Assembly (NCBI RefSeq): GCF_009914755.1
Contig: NC_060947.1
Origin: the human T2T-CHM13v2.0 reference genome, Homo sapiens
Reading direction: 5' to 3' (one strand)
Length of the DNA stretch: 64,000 bases
Both the position numbers and the translations under genes were made by a program. Under the pieces are notes generated by a model. It had not been told where the DNA came from. It did no database searches and worked only from the letters and a program-made list of their open reading frames with translations. Positions 1 to 13,169 of the stretch are shown piece after piece; the stretch's first letter is position 1; each line of letters opens with the position of its first letter.

Positions 1-2944
1 GATTAAATTTTATAACTCATTAGAAAGTGTTTTTTTCACTAAAGATATTATATTAGACATAGTCAAAGTTTACCACACAATATAACTTTATTAAAGTTAC
101 TTTATACTTGGCATTTTCCCCCTAATGTTTCTTACAATATGTGAGCTACCTCCTTTGACTTTTTGTTTCTCCACATGCCTCTAACCCCACTCTGGTTTTT
201 GAGCCATCCAGCAATGGCCCTTAGATTGCATAAATCATTCAAAAAGTAAAAGTTCCTAATTAGTTGATTTCACTGCTATTTTGATGAAAGCTTATTCACA
301 GCATCCACTGTTCCTCCAAAATGCTCCTTGAGCATCTAATTAACTTTGCTATGTATTCACTCTCTCATCCCCAAAATACCCTTCACAAACAGGTATGATT
401 CCAATAACAGGACATGAGATTTTCATTACATCACTTTTTAAAGCTGTCTCTTTATAATTATTGTTCCGTGGCAATTGTTTGCGTTGTTTGTAAGTTATTT
501 GTATGTATGCCAACATTAATTCTCTTTAATTTTCTGAAAAAATCAATTGCTCTAACAAATATTAATAATTCACTGCCTAGAATAATTAAAAGAACCATCT
601 ACAGAGAAACTATGAACTTATTTGAGGAGAATGCGCACCACATATATGTTTCTTTTAATGTAGTAGTGGTATTATTCCTGGAATAATAACTGTGATTTAA
701 AGAAGATTTTGCTTATGTTACAATATTTTTCTCAGGATTTCTTTAAAAATTAAACTTTTTTTTGGTGCTATCTATTAACTATCTGCTAGAATCAAGGCCT
801 TAGCAGTCTCATAGCTACTTTTCATGAGTTGTTTTTCCCAATATCATGCAGCTTCAGAGTGGAAGGCTATGCAATCTATAAAAAGACATATGATTTTAAT
901 CTTGATAGAATTTAAGGTACGTAGAGTGTGTTTTTATGGCAATAATCTTTCCACTGTTATTTCTCTACTTGACCCATTTGTGCTAGTGAAAATCACGGGT
1001 CTTAGTTTACAATAAATTACTTGCTAATCTAAATGTCAATGGGGAACTACTGTGATTTAGAACTGTAATCTCATTAATTTATTTCGTGGATCAGTGTTTA
1101 TAGGGTCCTTTCAATGGAGGGCAAGACAATGAACTATGGCGATTGGGGTATAACCTTTGAACACCAGAAGACCTGACAGGATTATACAACAGAAAATTGA
1201 ATGTCATTTAGAAAACTGCTTGGACAGTTTTAGATCTTATTATTATGCTAAAAGATGAAAGAAGTAAAAAAAAAAAAGATCTACTGTACACCATTTTATA
1301 TCCTTAGCATGCATGCTTCAGGATCATTATCTTGCACCAAATAAACCTCTGGGCTACTGGGTTTCCTGAAGGTATTTGAACAAGGATGTAACCTCCCAGG
1401 TACTTCTTATTTATATAATCTTTATTGGCCATGTAAGGTCAGTAAAGCTGATGTCAATGCTGATTCAGTAACATTTGAAAGTTTCCAGTAAACTACAATT
1501 AAAGATTCAAAAATTTTTATTAATGTCTTTTTTAATATTAGTCAGTGTCAAAGATGAGATATTCTATTTGAGTAATTACTAGTATCTTAGAGTAAGGTAG
1601 TATTGAATAAGTAGAACTATTTTCAACTTTCAAACATTGATCAACTTTATTTTATTTTGACTTTCCAAAAATGTGGTATAAAATGTAATCCTGAAAAAAA
1701 AATACTCCCCAATCATACATATTCCTCAATACCACTGTCATGTCTGGCAAGTAGGAGGTCATTGGTAGTCTTTGAATGCATATATATATAGTTTCAATTA
1801 TCACCTTTTATGTAAATGACTGCTAACCCTCTCATCAATTTCCAGTAAAATGGCCTCACTTACCTAAAAGACATCTTCACTTGGATGTTTTGTTAGCTCA
1901 ACTCAACATATCTAAAAATTAAATTGAATTTGCTTTATTCTTTTCTCTTCAATTGGCTCACTTTCCTATTGTTGTTAGTGTTATTACCATCCTCAGTTAG
2001 CAAAAAATCTATTTATTTGAGAATTTTTCCTCTCCTACAATTCTCAAATATACTCAAAGTGCAGTTAATGGTTCCATCAGAAAGACTTACTTATCAATAG
2101 CTGCCTTGACATCCTGCCCATCCTTTAAGACCAAGACAAAAACCTCAGCTTTTTCTGGTATGTGCTGAAATTAATGGCGTCAGGATGGCTGGTGAACTCC
2201 AAATAACCACACTGATAGAATTTATTTTTTAAAAGGTGATATAGTATGAAGTTTTTTGAAGAATAAAATAGGCTTATGCCTGAGAGGAGGAAAAGAGAAA
2301 AATCATATTCATCAGGGATTGGGCTCAACTTATTTTTTTTTCTCTTTAGAGCCTAAAATTTAAATAGTGTATTTCTCAACTATTGAGGGGAAATATTTTG
2401 GAGAAAATGATTTTACATTTTTAAGTGCTCTCTCATACTTAAGTGATTATACCACATCTGTACATCTGTTCTCTCTTCTGTACAAAACATCCTTGTTTTT
2501 AAGTTTAAAGTTTTTATGTTTAAAAATTTAAAACTGGGAAACTGCATTTTCTTGCCTGCTGATAGGTTTCTCTTTTTATACCCCCGACTTATCTGAAAGG
2601 AAGTTTTAAAGACCTTCGTCTGTCTCCTAAATAGTGATACTTCATAAATTTATAATAATTACAATTTAGAATCATAGCTGTGATTTGATATACACTCCAC
2701 AAAAGTTTTAGTGAGGTGATAACTGGATATTAGCTATGAAATTAATTGATATCTTTTCCTAAATTAATCCTGCCTTTCTAGCAAATTCAACTGCTTTAGC
2801 CATTTGATGAGACTATTTTATCACACACCCTCAATCTCCAAACAGCTGAAAACAAGTCCTTTACAGAAAAAATTAACAAAGAAAGATAAGCACTTCGCTA
2901 GTGCACTAGCCAAGACAAAACACTGTGCATGCCATTGTATTACA

Positions 2945-3145
2945 ATCTCCTGCAGTATTCGTCATGTTACATGCTGTTCAGGTTTGTAGCCTGGGAACAA
3001 AAGGCTAAACCATATAGCCGATGTGTGCAGTAGGCTAGACCATCTAGGTTGGTGTAAGTACATTCTTTCATATGTGCACAATGATGATATTGGCTAATGA
3101 TGCATTTCTTAGAATATATCCCCATCATTAAACAATGCATGACTG
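2945..3145 (+). mobile_element. Tigger3/Golem (TcMar-Tigger) DNA transposon, right-end fragment
   Basis: Contains TGTAGCCTGGGAACAAAAGGCTAAACCATATAGCC...CCATCTAGGTTGGTGTAAGTACA and ends ...CCCCATCATTAAACAATGCATGACTG followed by TA (3146-3147), matching the remembered Tigger3 terminal repeat. Confidence 0.75.
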
Positions 3146-3239
3146 TATATATAAATAAAAATCCCACTACAATGTTAGCGGTCAATTAGCAAAATTTTTT
3201 AAAAAGCTACAGACATTAATATTCTTTCTACAAAAGAAC

Positions 3240-3610
3240 TTCTTGCAAATAAGTTCATAAAAGAGGAAAATGCCAATATTAAAATAAATAGCTCATTAAC
3301 AGAAGAAATCCTATAAATTTATTTATTTCATAAATACTAGGCATTTACTGCATGCTAGGCATAAATGGCTACTATATACATGAAAAGATATCAACCTCAC
3401 CAATAACCAAAAACATGCAAATAAATATCAAGGTTATTTGGAGGAATATAAATTGTACTCTCTCTAGAGCCCAATTGATAAATTGCATCACAATTAAAAC
3501 TGCGTATTCATTGATTCATCAGTTCTACTCCTAGGCATTTTATCTCATGAAAATAAGCAAGTGCATACACATGTATGCACAAGGGTATTGGGTGCAATCT
3601 GGCTTATAAT
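3240..3610 (+). mobile_element. Highly degraded old L1M 3' fragment
   Basis: Patches such as TGAAAAGATATCAACCTCACCAATAACCAAAAACATGCAAAT and CAGTTCTACTCCTAGGCATTTATCTC resemble the L1 ORF2 end/3'UTR. Boundaries are approximate. Confidence 0.5.
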
Positions 3611-3754
3611 AGTGGTATTCAAAACTCTGGATGCCCCATAGCTACAGAGATATTGGGTGGTTCTACGGAGCCCCTTCATGGGACACTGGCAATGCAGAGG
3701 AATATGCTGAACAAGTGGAATTTGGGATCCCACTTCCTGTTTAAAGAAGAGTAT

Positions 3755-3955
3755 ACAATGAGATCACATGGACACAGGAAGGGGAACATCACACTCTGAG
3801 GACTGTTGTGGGGTGGGGCGAGGGGGGAGGGGGGAGGGATAGCATTGGGAGATATACCTAATGCTAGATGACGAGTTAGTGGGTGCAGCACACCAGCATG
3901 GCACATGTATACATATGTAACTAACCTGCACAATGTGCACACGTACCCTAAAACT

Positions 3956-3993
<38 letters not shown>
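3755..3993 (+). mobile_element. 5'-truncated young L1 3' end (L1PA2-like) with (AAT)n tail
   Basis: ACAATGAGATCACATGGACACAGG...GCTAGATGACGAGTTAGTGGG...CACAATGTGCAC; carries the GAG diagnostic, not the L1HS ACA/ACG. Exact 12-bp TSD AAAGAAGAGTAT at 3743-3754 and 3994-4005, with a TT|AAAG endonuclease-type site. Confidence 0.93.
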
Positions 3994-3996
<3 letters not shown>

Positions 3997-4009
3997 GAAG
4001 AGTATCTTA

Positions 4010-4694
<685 letters not shown>

Positions 4695-5111
4695 TAAAAC
4701 GAAAAACTATATCTTGTATTAAAATTTAAAATAATCAAAATAATCATCATAAAAGGGTTAAGTAAATGACTGAACATTCACCTAATGGAATTCTCTATAT
4801 CAATTCAAACGGTATTGGCAAAAATAATATGAACCATTATTTTTTCATCAGTAGATGCCCATAGTATATTATCAAGTGATAAAAGTAGGATGAAACATTG
4901 TAGTATGCATAATATGATTCACTTGATGGTATAGATATTATGCATATGTGTAAATAATAAAGTTCAGAAATACATGCAACAGAATGTTAATGACAGTTAT
5001 CTCTATGTGGTGGCATTGTAGGTGGTTTGAATTATCTTGTTCATATTCTCTATATTATTTGATATTCATATTTCATTCAAGAAAAATATATTCATTTGAA
5101 AAAATATTACA

Positions 5112-5482
<371 letters not shown>

Positions 5483-6323
5483 TCAAACTGCCATTCTATG
5501 GTTGCTGTTAAAGGAGTAGAGGAAACAGAAACAGGAAAGGATTTTTCAGTGTTTTGCCAATCATCTGTCATTTCACACCCACCCCTGCCTCTCTCATTAT
5601 TTTTGTATTAAAGCTCTTTTGAATAATGTCTAGAGAGCTTATGAATGGTCCCTTGTCATTAATCTCCATACTAGAGAAGGAGTCCAAAACATGGACTTTA
5701 TGCTGGTGTGGCAGAAAAATATTGCTGGCAAAGACAGTCTACCCTATTTTTTTCTGTACATATTTTGTTTCTGCATTATTTAAAATTATTCTAAAACAAA
5801 TATGTAGACATATGTATATATTTATATATTTATACATACGTATTTCTATAAATAATTCCTAATTTTTAAATTTCACATTTCCTCTCTATCCACAGTCATA
5901 TTATGAATTCTATATGGAATTCCTACTTTCTCTGTCTTTTTTTAGTAAAAATGAGATTTTTCTAAAAAACTCAAAACAGCTCTTTTATCATGTAAATATT
6001 ATTATTCCTTGGAGATTTAAAAATATTTTCAATATTTATCTCCTCTAACTTAAATTCTTACTTAGTAAAATAGAAGAGTATAGAAATATCACTCATTTGT
6101 AATAGTGTATAATCTCAGAATAGTACTTTTTTTCTGATTTCTGTCTTGTAAGTAGAGTTACTCATATTTGCAATTATTCCTTAAGTATTTCAAAACTGAA
6201 GGAGGTGGGTACATATTGCTGTATGTACACAGAAAGAAATTATTTAGGGTATAGGTTATCCGAATAGGTTTTTAGGAGAAAAAAGTGAGCTTATTAGATG
6301 TTCAAAAACCTGAAACTTTGGCA

Positions 6324-6367
6324 AATCCTTTATGTCTTAAATCCTTTATGTCTTATATCCTTTATGT
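6324..6367. repeat. 16-bp tandem repeat, about 2.75 copies
   Basis: AATCCTTTATGTCTTA twice, then TATCCTTTATGT. Confidence 0.85.
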
Positions 6368-6822
6368 GTGTCCTCTTCCTTTTGTATTTGACCTGTTTTG
6401 GGGGAAAAAGGGGATGTGATTCCTTCATTGGATGAGTCCTTGCAGATGTCTGTCTAAATATTTTGATAATCGGAGCTATTTTTGCCCTTTTAAATTTCAA
6501 TTCTTTAGTCCAAAACCCAATTGACCTTTTAAAACATCTTATAATAACAATTAAGAAGGAGAAGATTGTAATAATATGAGACACAGGAGGAGCTGTGTCA
6601 TTGGAAAATTTAAAGGCAAATGAGAAAAGTATGAAAAAATCAAAATAGTTGAATCTGTTAGAGAGGTCAATAAGAAAGATCTGAAAAGCATTGGTCATTG
6701 ATTTTAAAACCGTAATTGGGGTCACAGGTCATATTCAAAATGTGACTGTACCCTTTACCAGATTATAGAAAGTTGGAGTAGATGAGTGATTAATGAAAGC
6801 CTATAATATCTCAATGTCTATG

Positions 6823-7220
6823 TGTAATGGTTAATTATATTTGTCAACTTGACAAGGCTAAGGGATGTACCAGATAACTGGTAAAACATTATTTCTGGGT
6901 ATTTGTGTAAGGGTGTTTATTTAAGAGACAAACTTATGAATTGGTAGACTCAGTAAAGAAGATCACCTTCACCTATGTAAGCTGGCATTATCCAATATGT
7001 GAAGGAACTAAATACAACAAAAAACCCTTTGTAATTAGGCTGAGACTTACACTATTGGCTCCCCTGGTTCTCAAGCTTTTAGATTTAGATTACATTAAAC
7101 CACTGCATTTTCTAGTTCTCCAGCTTGCAAACAGCAGATTGTGGAATATCTTGGTCTCCAAAATCACGTGAGAATGTCTAATGCCTATAATAAATATCTT
7201 ACACACACACACACACACAC

Positions 7221-7262
<42 letters not shown>

Positions 7263-7319
7263 GATAATAGATAAATAGATAAATCTATTAGTTCCATTTC
7301 TCTGGATAATCCTAATACA
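6823..7319 (+). mobile_element. MLT2-family (ERVL) solo LTR, MLT2B/D-like
   Basis: Starts TGTAATGGTTAATTATATTTGTCAACTTGAC...GGTAAAACATTATTTCTGGGT and ends TTTCTCTGGATAATCCTAATACA. Confidence 0.8.
7201..7260. repeat. Compound microsatellite (AC)10(GATA)10
   Basis: Read directly; lies inside the MLT2 LTR. Confidence 0.95.
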
Positions 7320-7387
7320 GTGTGTAATATAAGTCAGCTTTTCAGCTTTAGCTTGCCTTCTTAGCTTGTTTACTTTAATACTTCACA

Positions 7388-7418
7388 TATATATATAATG
7401 TGTGTGTATACATATATA

Positions 7419-7458
<40 letters not shown>

Positions 7459-7462
7459 CATA
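7388..7462. repeat. (TA)n/(TG)n microsatellite
   Basis: Read directly. Confidence 0.9.
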
Positions 7463-7702
7463 CTAGCAATAAAGGACACCATGACCCCCAAAATCTGGCA
7501 ATATACTTCATTCTTTTAAATATTTTTATATTTTTTATCAAGTGACAGTGACTGTTTAAATTGTTAATTATTTACTTTCATATATTTTATATATTTTTAT
7601 ATCTCTGAAATACTCTTTATTAATATTATTAAACAAGGATCTTCCATAGTTCCCTTGCATTACTGACTGCAACACTTTGTGCTAAATTAAAAGTAAAAAC
7701 AG

Positions 7703-10700
7703 CAGAGGTGCCAAGATAGCTGAGGGGAAGCAGCTAGTGTGCACCACTCTCACACAGAGGAGATAGAGTGGCAAGTAAATACTAGCTCTTCATCTGGGTC
7801 ATCCAGGAGGATACACTGGGATTCATCAAGGAAGCAACATGACTCGTGGAGAGCAGAGAGGAGCAACACAGGTGAGCTGCCCATCCTGGATTAGTGCAGA
7901 GCCAAGGGAGGCTCTCCAACATGGGGAAATAGTGAATGAGTGAGAGCTCTCAGGGACCTACACTTCTGCTATGGACCTATGGACCTTTGCAATCCTGGGC
8001 ACAGGAGATTCCCTTGACCTGCTACTCATGGGGCCTCCAGACTGACATGCAGAGCCATGTGGAGTCTGAGCAGAGCCACCACTCAGACCCACTTGGAGCC
8101 CAGAGGGCCCTGGATCTCTGAAAACCCTGGTGCCAGCTGCCATAGTCCTGCCAACAAGGAAGCCAGGATCTCTCACCTGCCCACAGGGTAGTGGCCACAT
8201 CCAGGGTGCTGAGGAGCACAGAGATCGGAGGCTTTGCCTCTTCTACATCTCACCAGCCAAAGCCCACTGGCCTGGGACCCCAGCACAGCCACCTCACCCT
8301 TGCTTGAGCACTCAGGATACTCACAGATCTGCATTCAAGACTCTTCTCCATGTGGGTCACTGCCCCTGCTACTCCTCAACGGGCAAGGTCTCCCAACCTG
8401 GACCCACAACACAGCCACTCTACCACTGCCTGATCACCTCAGTTGGTGGTGGCTCTGTATTTCTCTAGGGAGAAAATCCCAAATACAACCCAAAAGCTCT
8501 CTGCCATTGACACTGCAGTGGTACTGCACTTGCTGCCTTTGGGCTGGAGAAAGAACAAAGACCCTGATGACTTTGTTGGCACCTCCAGCATGCTGCAGCC
8601 ACCATACAGAGAGGAGCCCAGTCTCTCTTCCCTGTGAGTCCCAGACTTCCTGCTCTTCACAAGGCAGGGCTCCCAGCTTGGAAACACAGTGCAACTGCCC
8701 CACCCCTGGCTGAACAATCTCATTGGCAGCGCCTCTATGTCTTTCTGCGTTGGAGTTCTCAGAGGAAACAGACAGCACCTTTGCCATTGCCAATGTAGCA
8801 GTACCTCCCTTGTTGCCACTGCGCTGGGGAAAAAAGACACTCTTTGCTGTCCTGGCACCTCCAGTGTGCCCAAGCTGCCAAATGGAGAGGAACCCAGCCC
8901 CTCATCCCTGTGAGCCACCAACCCCCTGTTCTTCAGCAGGTAGGTACCCCCACCTTGGGCCCACAATGCAGCCAGCCCACCCCTGGTTGAGCGTTCTCAT
9001 TTTCAGTGGCTCCGTGTCTCAGGCGTGGAGTTCCTAGAGGCAACTGACAGCCCTTCTGCCTCTGCTGCTACAGTGGTATCTGCCCTCTTTGCTACCAGTC
9101 TGGGGAAGGAAAAAAGAACCTGAGTGCTTTACTTACACTTCCAGCATGCCACAGCTGCCCTGCAAAAAGAGGCCAAATTGTCTTCCCCATTTTCCCACCC
9201 CCAACACTCCCTGCTCTTCACCAGGAAGGGCTCCCAGGCTTGGGCCTGAAACACAGTTGCCCCAACTCCACCTGATTTTTCTGATTAGCAATAGTTCTCT
9301 GTCCCTCTGGACTGGAACCACAAGAGACAAGTAAATGGCCCACTGCCATTGCCATTGCCAAGGTCTATTCCCCTCTTGCCTCCAAGCTGGGAAAGGAACT
9401 TGAAGCCTAAACTCACCCCAGGGTTGTAGTGTGCAATCTGGAAGTGTGAAACTGAGATCTGCAGCCAGTATCTGAGCGGCAGAGGGGCCCACACTTTCAG
9501 AGCAGCACTGAGTGGGAACATAGCTGCAAATGCAAGGAAATACAGAGCAGCTGTGCAACAAAGTAAGAGGCTATTTAACTACTATTATGCTTAAGCACCA
9601 TCTACTGGATTACAGCCCAAATTTCAAAAACAAATATGCTTTACTAATATGCCCACCAGTGAAACCAATGAGCATAATTCAGCCACAAATAAAGATCTTG
9701 CACAAAGCCTTGGCCTATTGCAAACATTCAGAAATGAAGCCAAGTGACTGTAATCAAATTATACCACAGTTAAAGGAACATCAGTCCACACAGATAAAAA
9801 AGAACCAGTGAAATAATTCTGGCAACTCTGAAAGGTAGAGTGTCTTCTTACCTGCAAACAACCATGCTAGCTCCCCAGCAATGTTTTTTAACTGGAATGA
9901 AATGGCAGAAATGACTCACAGAATTTAGAATATGGGTGGCAATGAAGACTACTGGGATTCAGAATAAAGTTAAAGCCTATTTCAAGGAATCTAAGGAATC
10001 CAGTAAAATGACTCAAGAGATGAAAGATAAAATAGCCATTCTAAGAAAGAACCAAACCCATAGATATAATATAGCTAGAAAACTCACTAACATAAATTTA
10101 TAACACAATTGAAAATATTAACAGCAGAGTAGACCAAGCTGAGAAAAAAAATCTCAGAGATCACAGACTGGCTCTATGAATTATGTCATTCAGAAAAAAA
10201 TAAAGAAAAAATAATTTAAAAATTATCATTATCTCCTGTGAGATACTATACAAGATGAGCATCCCCAAGACACATAGTCATCAGATTTTCCAAAGACAAT
10301 GTGAAAGAAAAAAATATTAGAGGTAGCTAAGGAGATGGGGAAGGTCACCTACAAAGGGAATGTCATCAGGCTAACAGCAGACATTTAAGCAGAAATTATA
10401 CAAGCCAGGAGAGATTGAAGGCCTATATACAGCATCCTTCAAGAAAATAAATTCCAATTAAGAATTGTATGCCTAGCCAAACTAAGCTTATAAATGAAGA
10501 AGAAAGAAAATCCTTTTAAGAAAGCAAATGTTAATGAAATCTGTTACCACCAGACCTGCCTTAGAAAATATCCTTAATGAAACATTGTTACCAGCCAACA
10601 CAAAAAACACACATAAGAACATAGATCATTGACACTATAAAGCAACTACACAATCAAGTCTACATAAAAAATCAGCTAACAACATGACGACAGGATCAAA

Positions 10701-12316
10701 TCTGCATGTATCAATATTAACCTTAAACATTAATGGGCTAAATGTCCCACTTAAAAGGCACAGAGTGGGAAATTGGATAAAGAAATAGAGCCCAATTGTA
10801 TGCTGTTTTCAATAGATTCATTTAACATGCAGGGACATTGATATTCTCAAAGTAAAAGGATGGAGAAAAATCAATCAAGCAAATAAAAAGCAAAAAAGAG
10901 CAAGGATTCCTATTCTTATTCCATAAATCTGAGATGACACAAATAGAAAAATATTTCATCCTCATGGATTTGGAAAAATCAATATTGTTAAAATGACTAT
11001 ACTGCAAAAATCAATTTACATATTCAATGTTATTCCTATCAAACTGCCAACATCATTTTTCCCTGAAAAAAATAAACTATTCTAAAATTCATTGGGGCCT
11101 AAAAAAGAGCCTGAATAGCCAAGGAAATCCTAAGCAAAAGGAGCAAATCTGGAAGCATCACACTACCTAACATCAAAGTATACTGCAAGACTACAGTAAC
11201 TAAAATAGCATGGTACTGGTGCAAAAGCAGAAACATTGACCAGTGGAACAGATTAGAGAGACCAGAAATAATGCTGCACAACACAGCCATCTGATATTCA
11301 AGAAACTGACAAAAAAAAAAAACAATGGGGAAAGGACTCCCTATGTAATAAATGGTGCTGGGATACCATATGCAGAAGATTGAAACTGAATGCTTTTCTT
11401 TAACGATACAAAAACATTAACCAATGATGGATTAAATACATTTAAAACCTAAAACTATAAAACTCTAGAAAAAGTCCTAGATTCTGGACATCAGCCCTGG
11501 CAAAGGCCTCATAATGAAGTCTCCAAAAGAAATTGCAACAAAAATAAATATAGACAAATGGGACCTAATTAAACTAAAGACTTTCTCTGCAGCAAAAGAA
11601 ACCAATCGACTAAATGAACAACCTACAGAATGTGAGAAAATAGTTGCAAATTATGCATCCAACAGAGGTCAAATATCCAGAATCTGTAAGTAACTTAAAC
11701 AAATTGACAAGATTTTCCCTAGCCCATGGATTACTAAAAGTGTGTTTTTAAAAACGAACAAAATTATTAATAATGGGCAAAGTTCATGAACAGACAATTC
11801 TTCAAATAAGACTTACACATGACCAACAAACATGAGAAAATCCTCGACATCTTTAATCATTAGAGAAAAGCAAATTGAAACCACAATGACATACCATCTC
11901 AAATGTTAGAATGGCTATTATTAAAAAGTCAAAAAATAACAGAAGCTATTTAGTTGCAGAGTAAAGGGAATGTTCATATATAGCTGGTGGGAATGTATAT
12001 TAGTTCAGCCACTGTGGACAGCAGTCTGGAGATTTCTCAAAGTACTTAAAATAGAACTGTCAGTCAACTCAGCAATTCCATGATTGCACATATATTCCCA
12101 AAGGAATATAAATCATTTTACCATAACAACACATGTATACATTTGCTCATTGTGGCACTAGTTACAATATCAAATACATGGAATCAACCTACATTCCTAT
12201 TAGTGGTTGACTGGATAATAAAAATATTATATATATAGATATATATATACACATTATATATATATACATTTTATATATATATACACATTATATATATACA
12301 CATTATATATACACAT

Positions 12317-12385
<69 letters not shown>

Positions 12386-12757
12386 CTATGCAGCCATAAA
12401 AAGCAAGAAATCATGTCCTTTCCAGTAACATAGATGGAGCTAGAGGCCATTATCCTAAGTGAATTAATGTAGAAACAGAAAACCAAATACTGCATGTTCT
12501 CACTTACAAGTGGGAGCTACACATTCAGGACACATGAACACAAAGAAGGGAACAACAGACACCGGGGCCTACTTCAGGGTGGTGGGTAGGAGGAAGACGA
12601 GGATTGAAAAAATACCTATTGGGTGTTATGCTGATTATCTGGGTGACAAAATTATACGTACACCACATCCTGGTGAAACACTCAATTTACCCATGTATCA
12701 AACCTGCATGGGTACCCACTGAACCTAAAATAAAAATTGGAAAGAAAAAAAAAAAAA
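7703..12757 (+). mobile_element. L1PA15/16-type LINE-1 with both ends, internally deleted
   Basis: 5'UTR starts GCCAAGATAGCTGAGGGGAAGCAGCTAGTGTGCACC. GC-rich UTR with ~280-bp internal repeats, ORF1 remnant ~9790-10600, ORF2 start ATGACGACAGGATCAAAT ~10684. Near 10925 the sequence jumps from the endonuclease region to the post-RT region. L1PA16-like 3'UTR and A-tail. Confidence 0.88.
12225..12378. repeat. Complex (TA)n/(CA)n/TATATACACATTA microsatellite within the L1 3' end
   Basis: Read directly. Confidence 0.9.
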
Positions 12758-13169
12758 GGAAAATTTTCAGGAAAAAATGATGAGAACAGCTGTTTTTGTT
12801 TTCTTCTTAAAAAACTCACAACACATCAGTGATGTGTCTGGTTGGGTTTAAGTTAATAAATCCAAATTTAATTTCATTATCATTTTGACATAAAACATAC
12901 TCAAATTTGAAATATAAAATAGGAAATGGACAGCATTGCTCAGGCTTATTTTACTAAAATTTATTGTATAAAGAGTGTGTAATGCATATATAGTGTTAAC
13001 TACAGTAAGTACTAAGGAAATTTAAATAAAACATAAATATTAATGATCTAGTGTAAAATATTTACACATATTCATAAGAAAAGTTGCAATTTTTGCCCTG
13101 AACAAATGGATTTTCTCTGTGTTTCTCCAGTGTCAAGGACATAAAACCTTCATTGACTAACATTTTGTT

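Noticed and set aside
1306-1317. Perfect 12-bp palindrome AGCATGCATGCT
   Set aside because: Several 12-bp palindromes are expected by chance in 64 kb.
1-2900. Short ORFs (414..686, 824..1015, 2125..2328) in apparently unique DNA
   Set aside because: AT-rich, low-complexity peptides with no recognisable domain and no convincing splice-site pair; expected by chance.
6330-6725. 131-aa minus-strand ORF
   Set aside because: Non-ATG start, F/I/K-rich composition typical of AT-rich non-coding DNA, and it ends in a tandem repeat.
7936-9811. Dense cluster of overlapping ORFs up to 175 aa
   Set aside because: Explained by the GC-rich, internally repeated L1PA15/16 5'UTR; ORFs occur in all frames with no homology I recognise.
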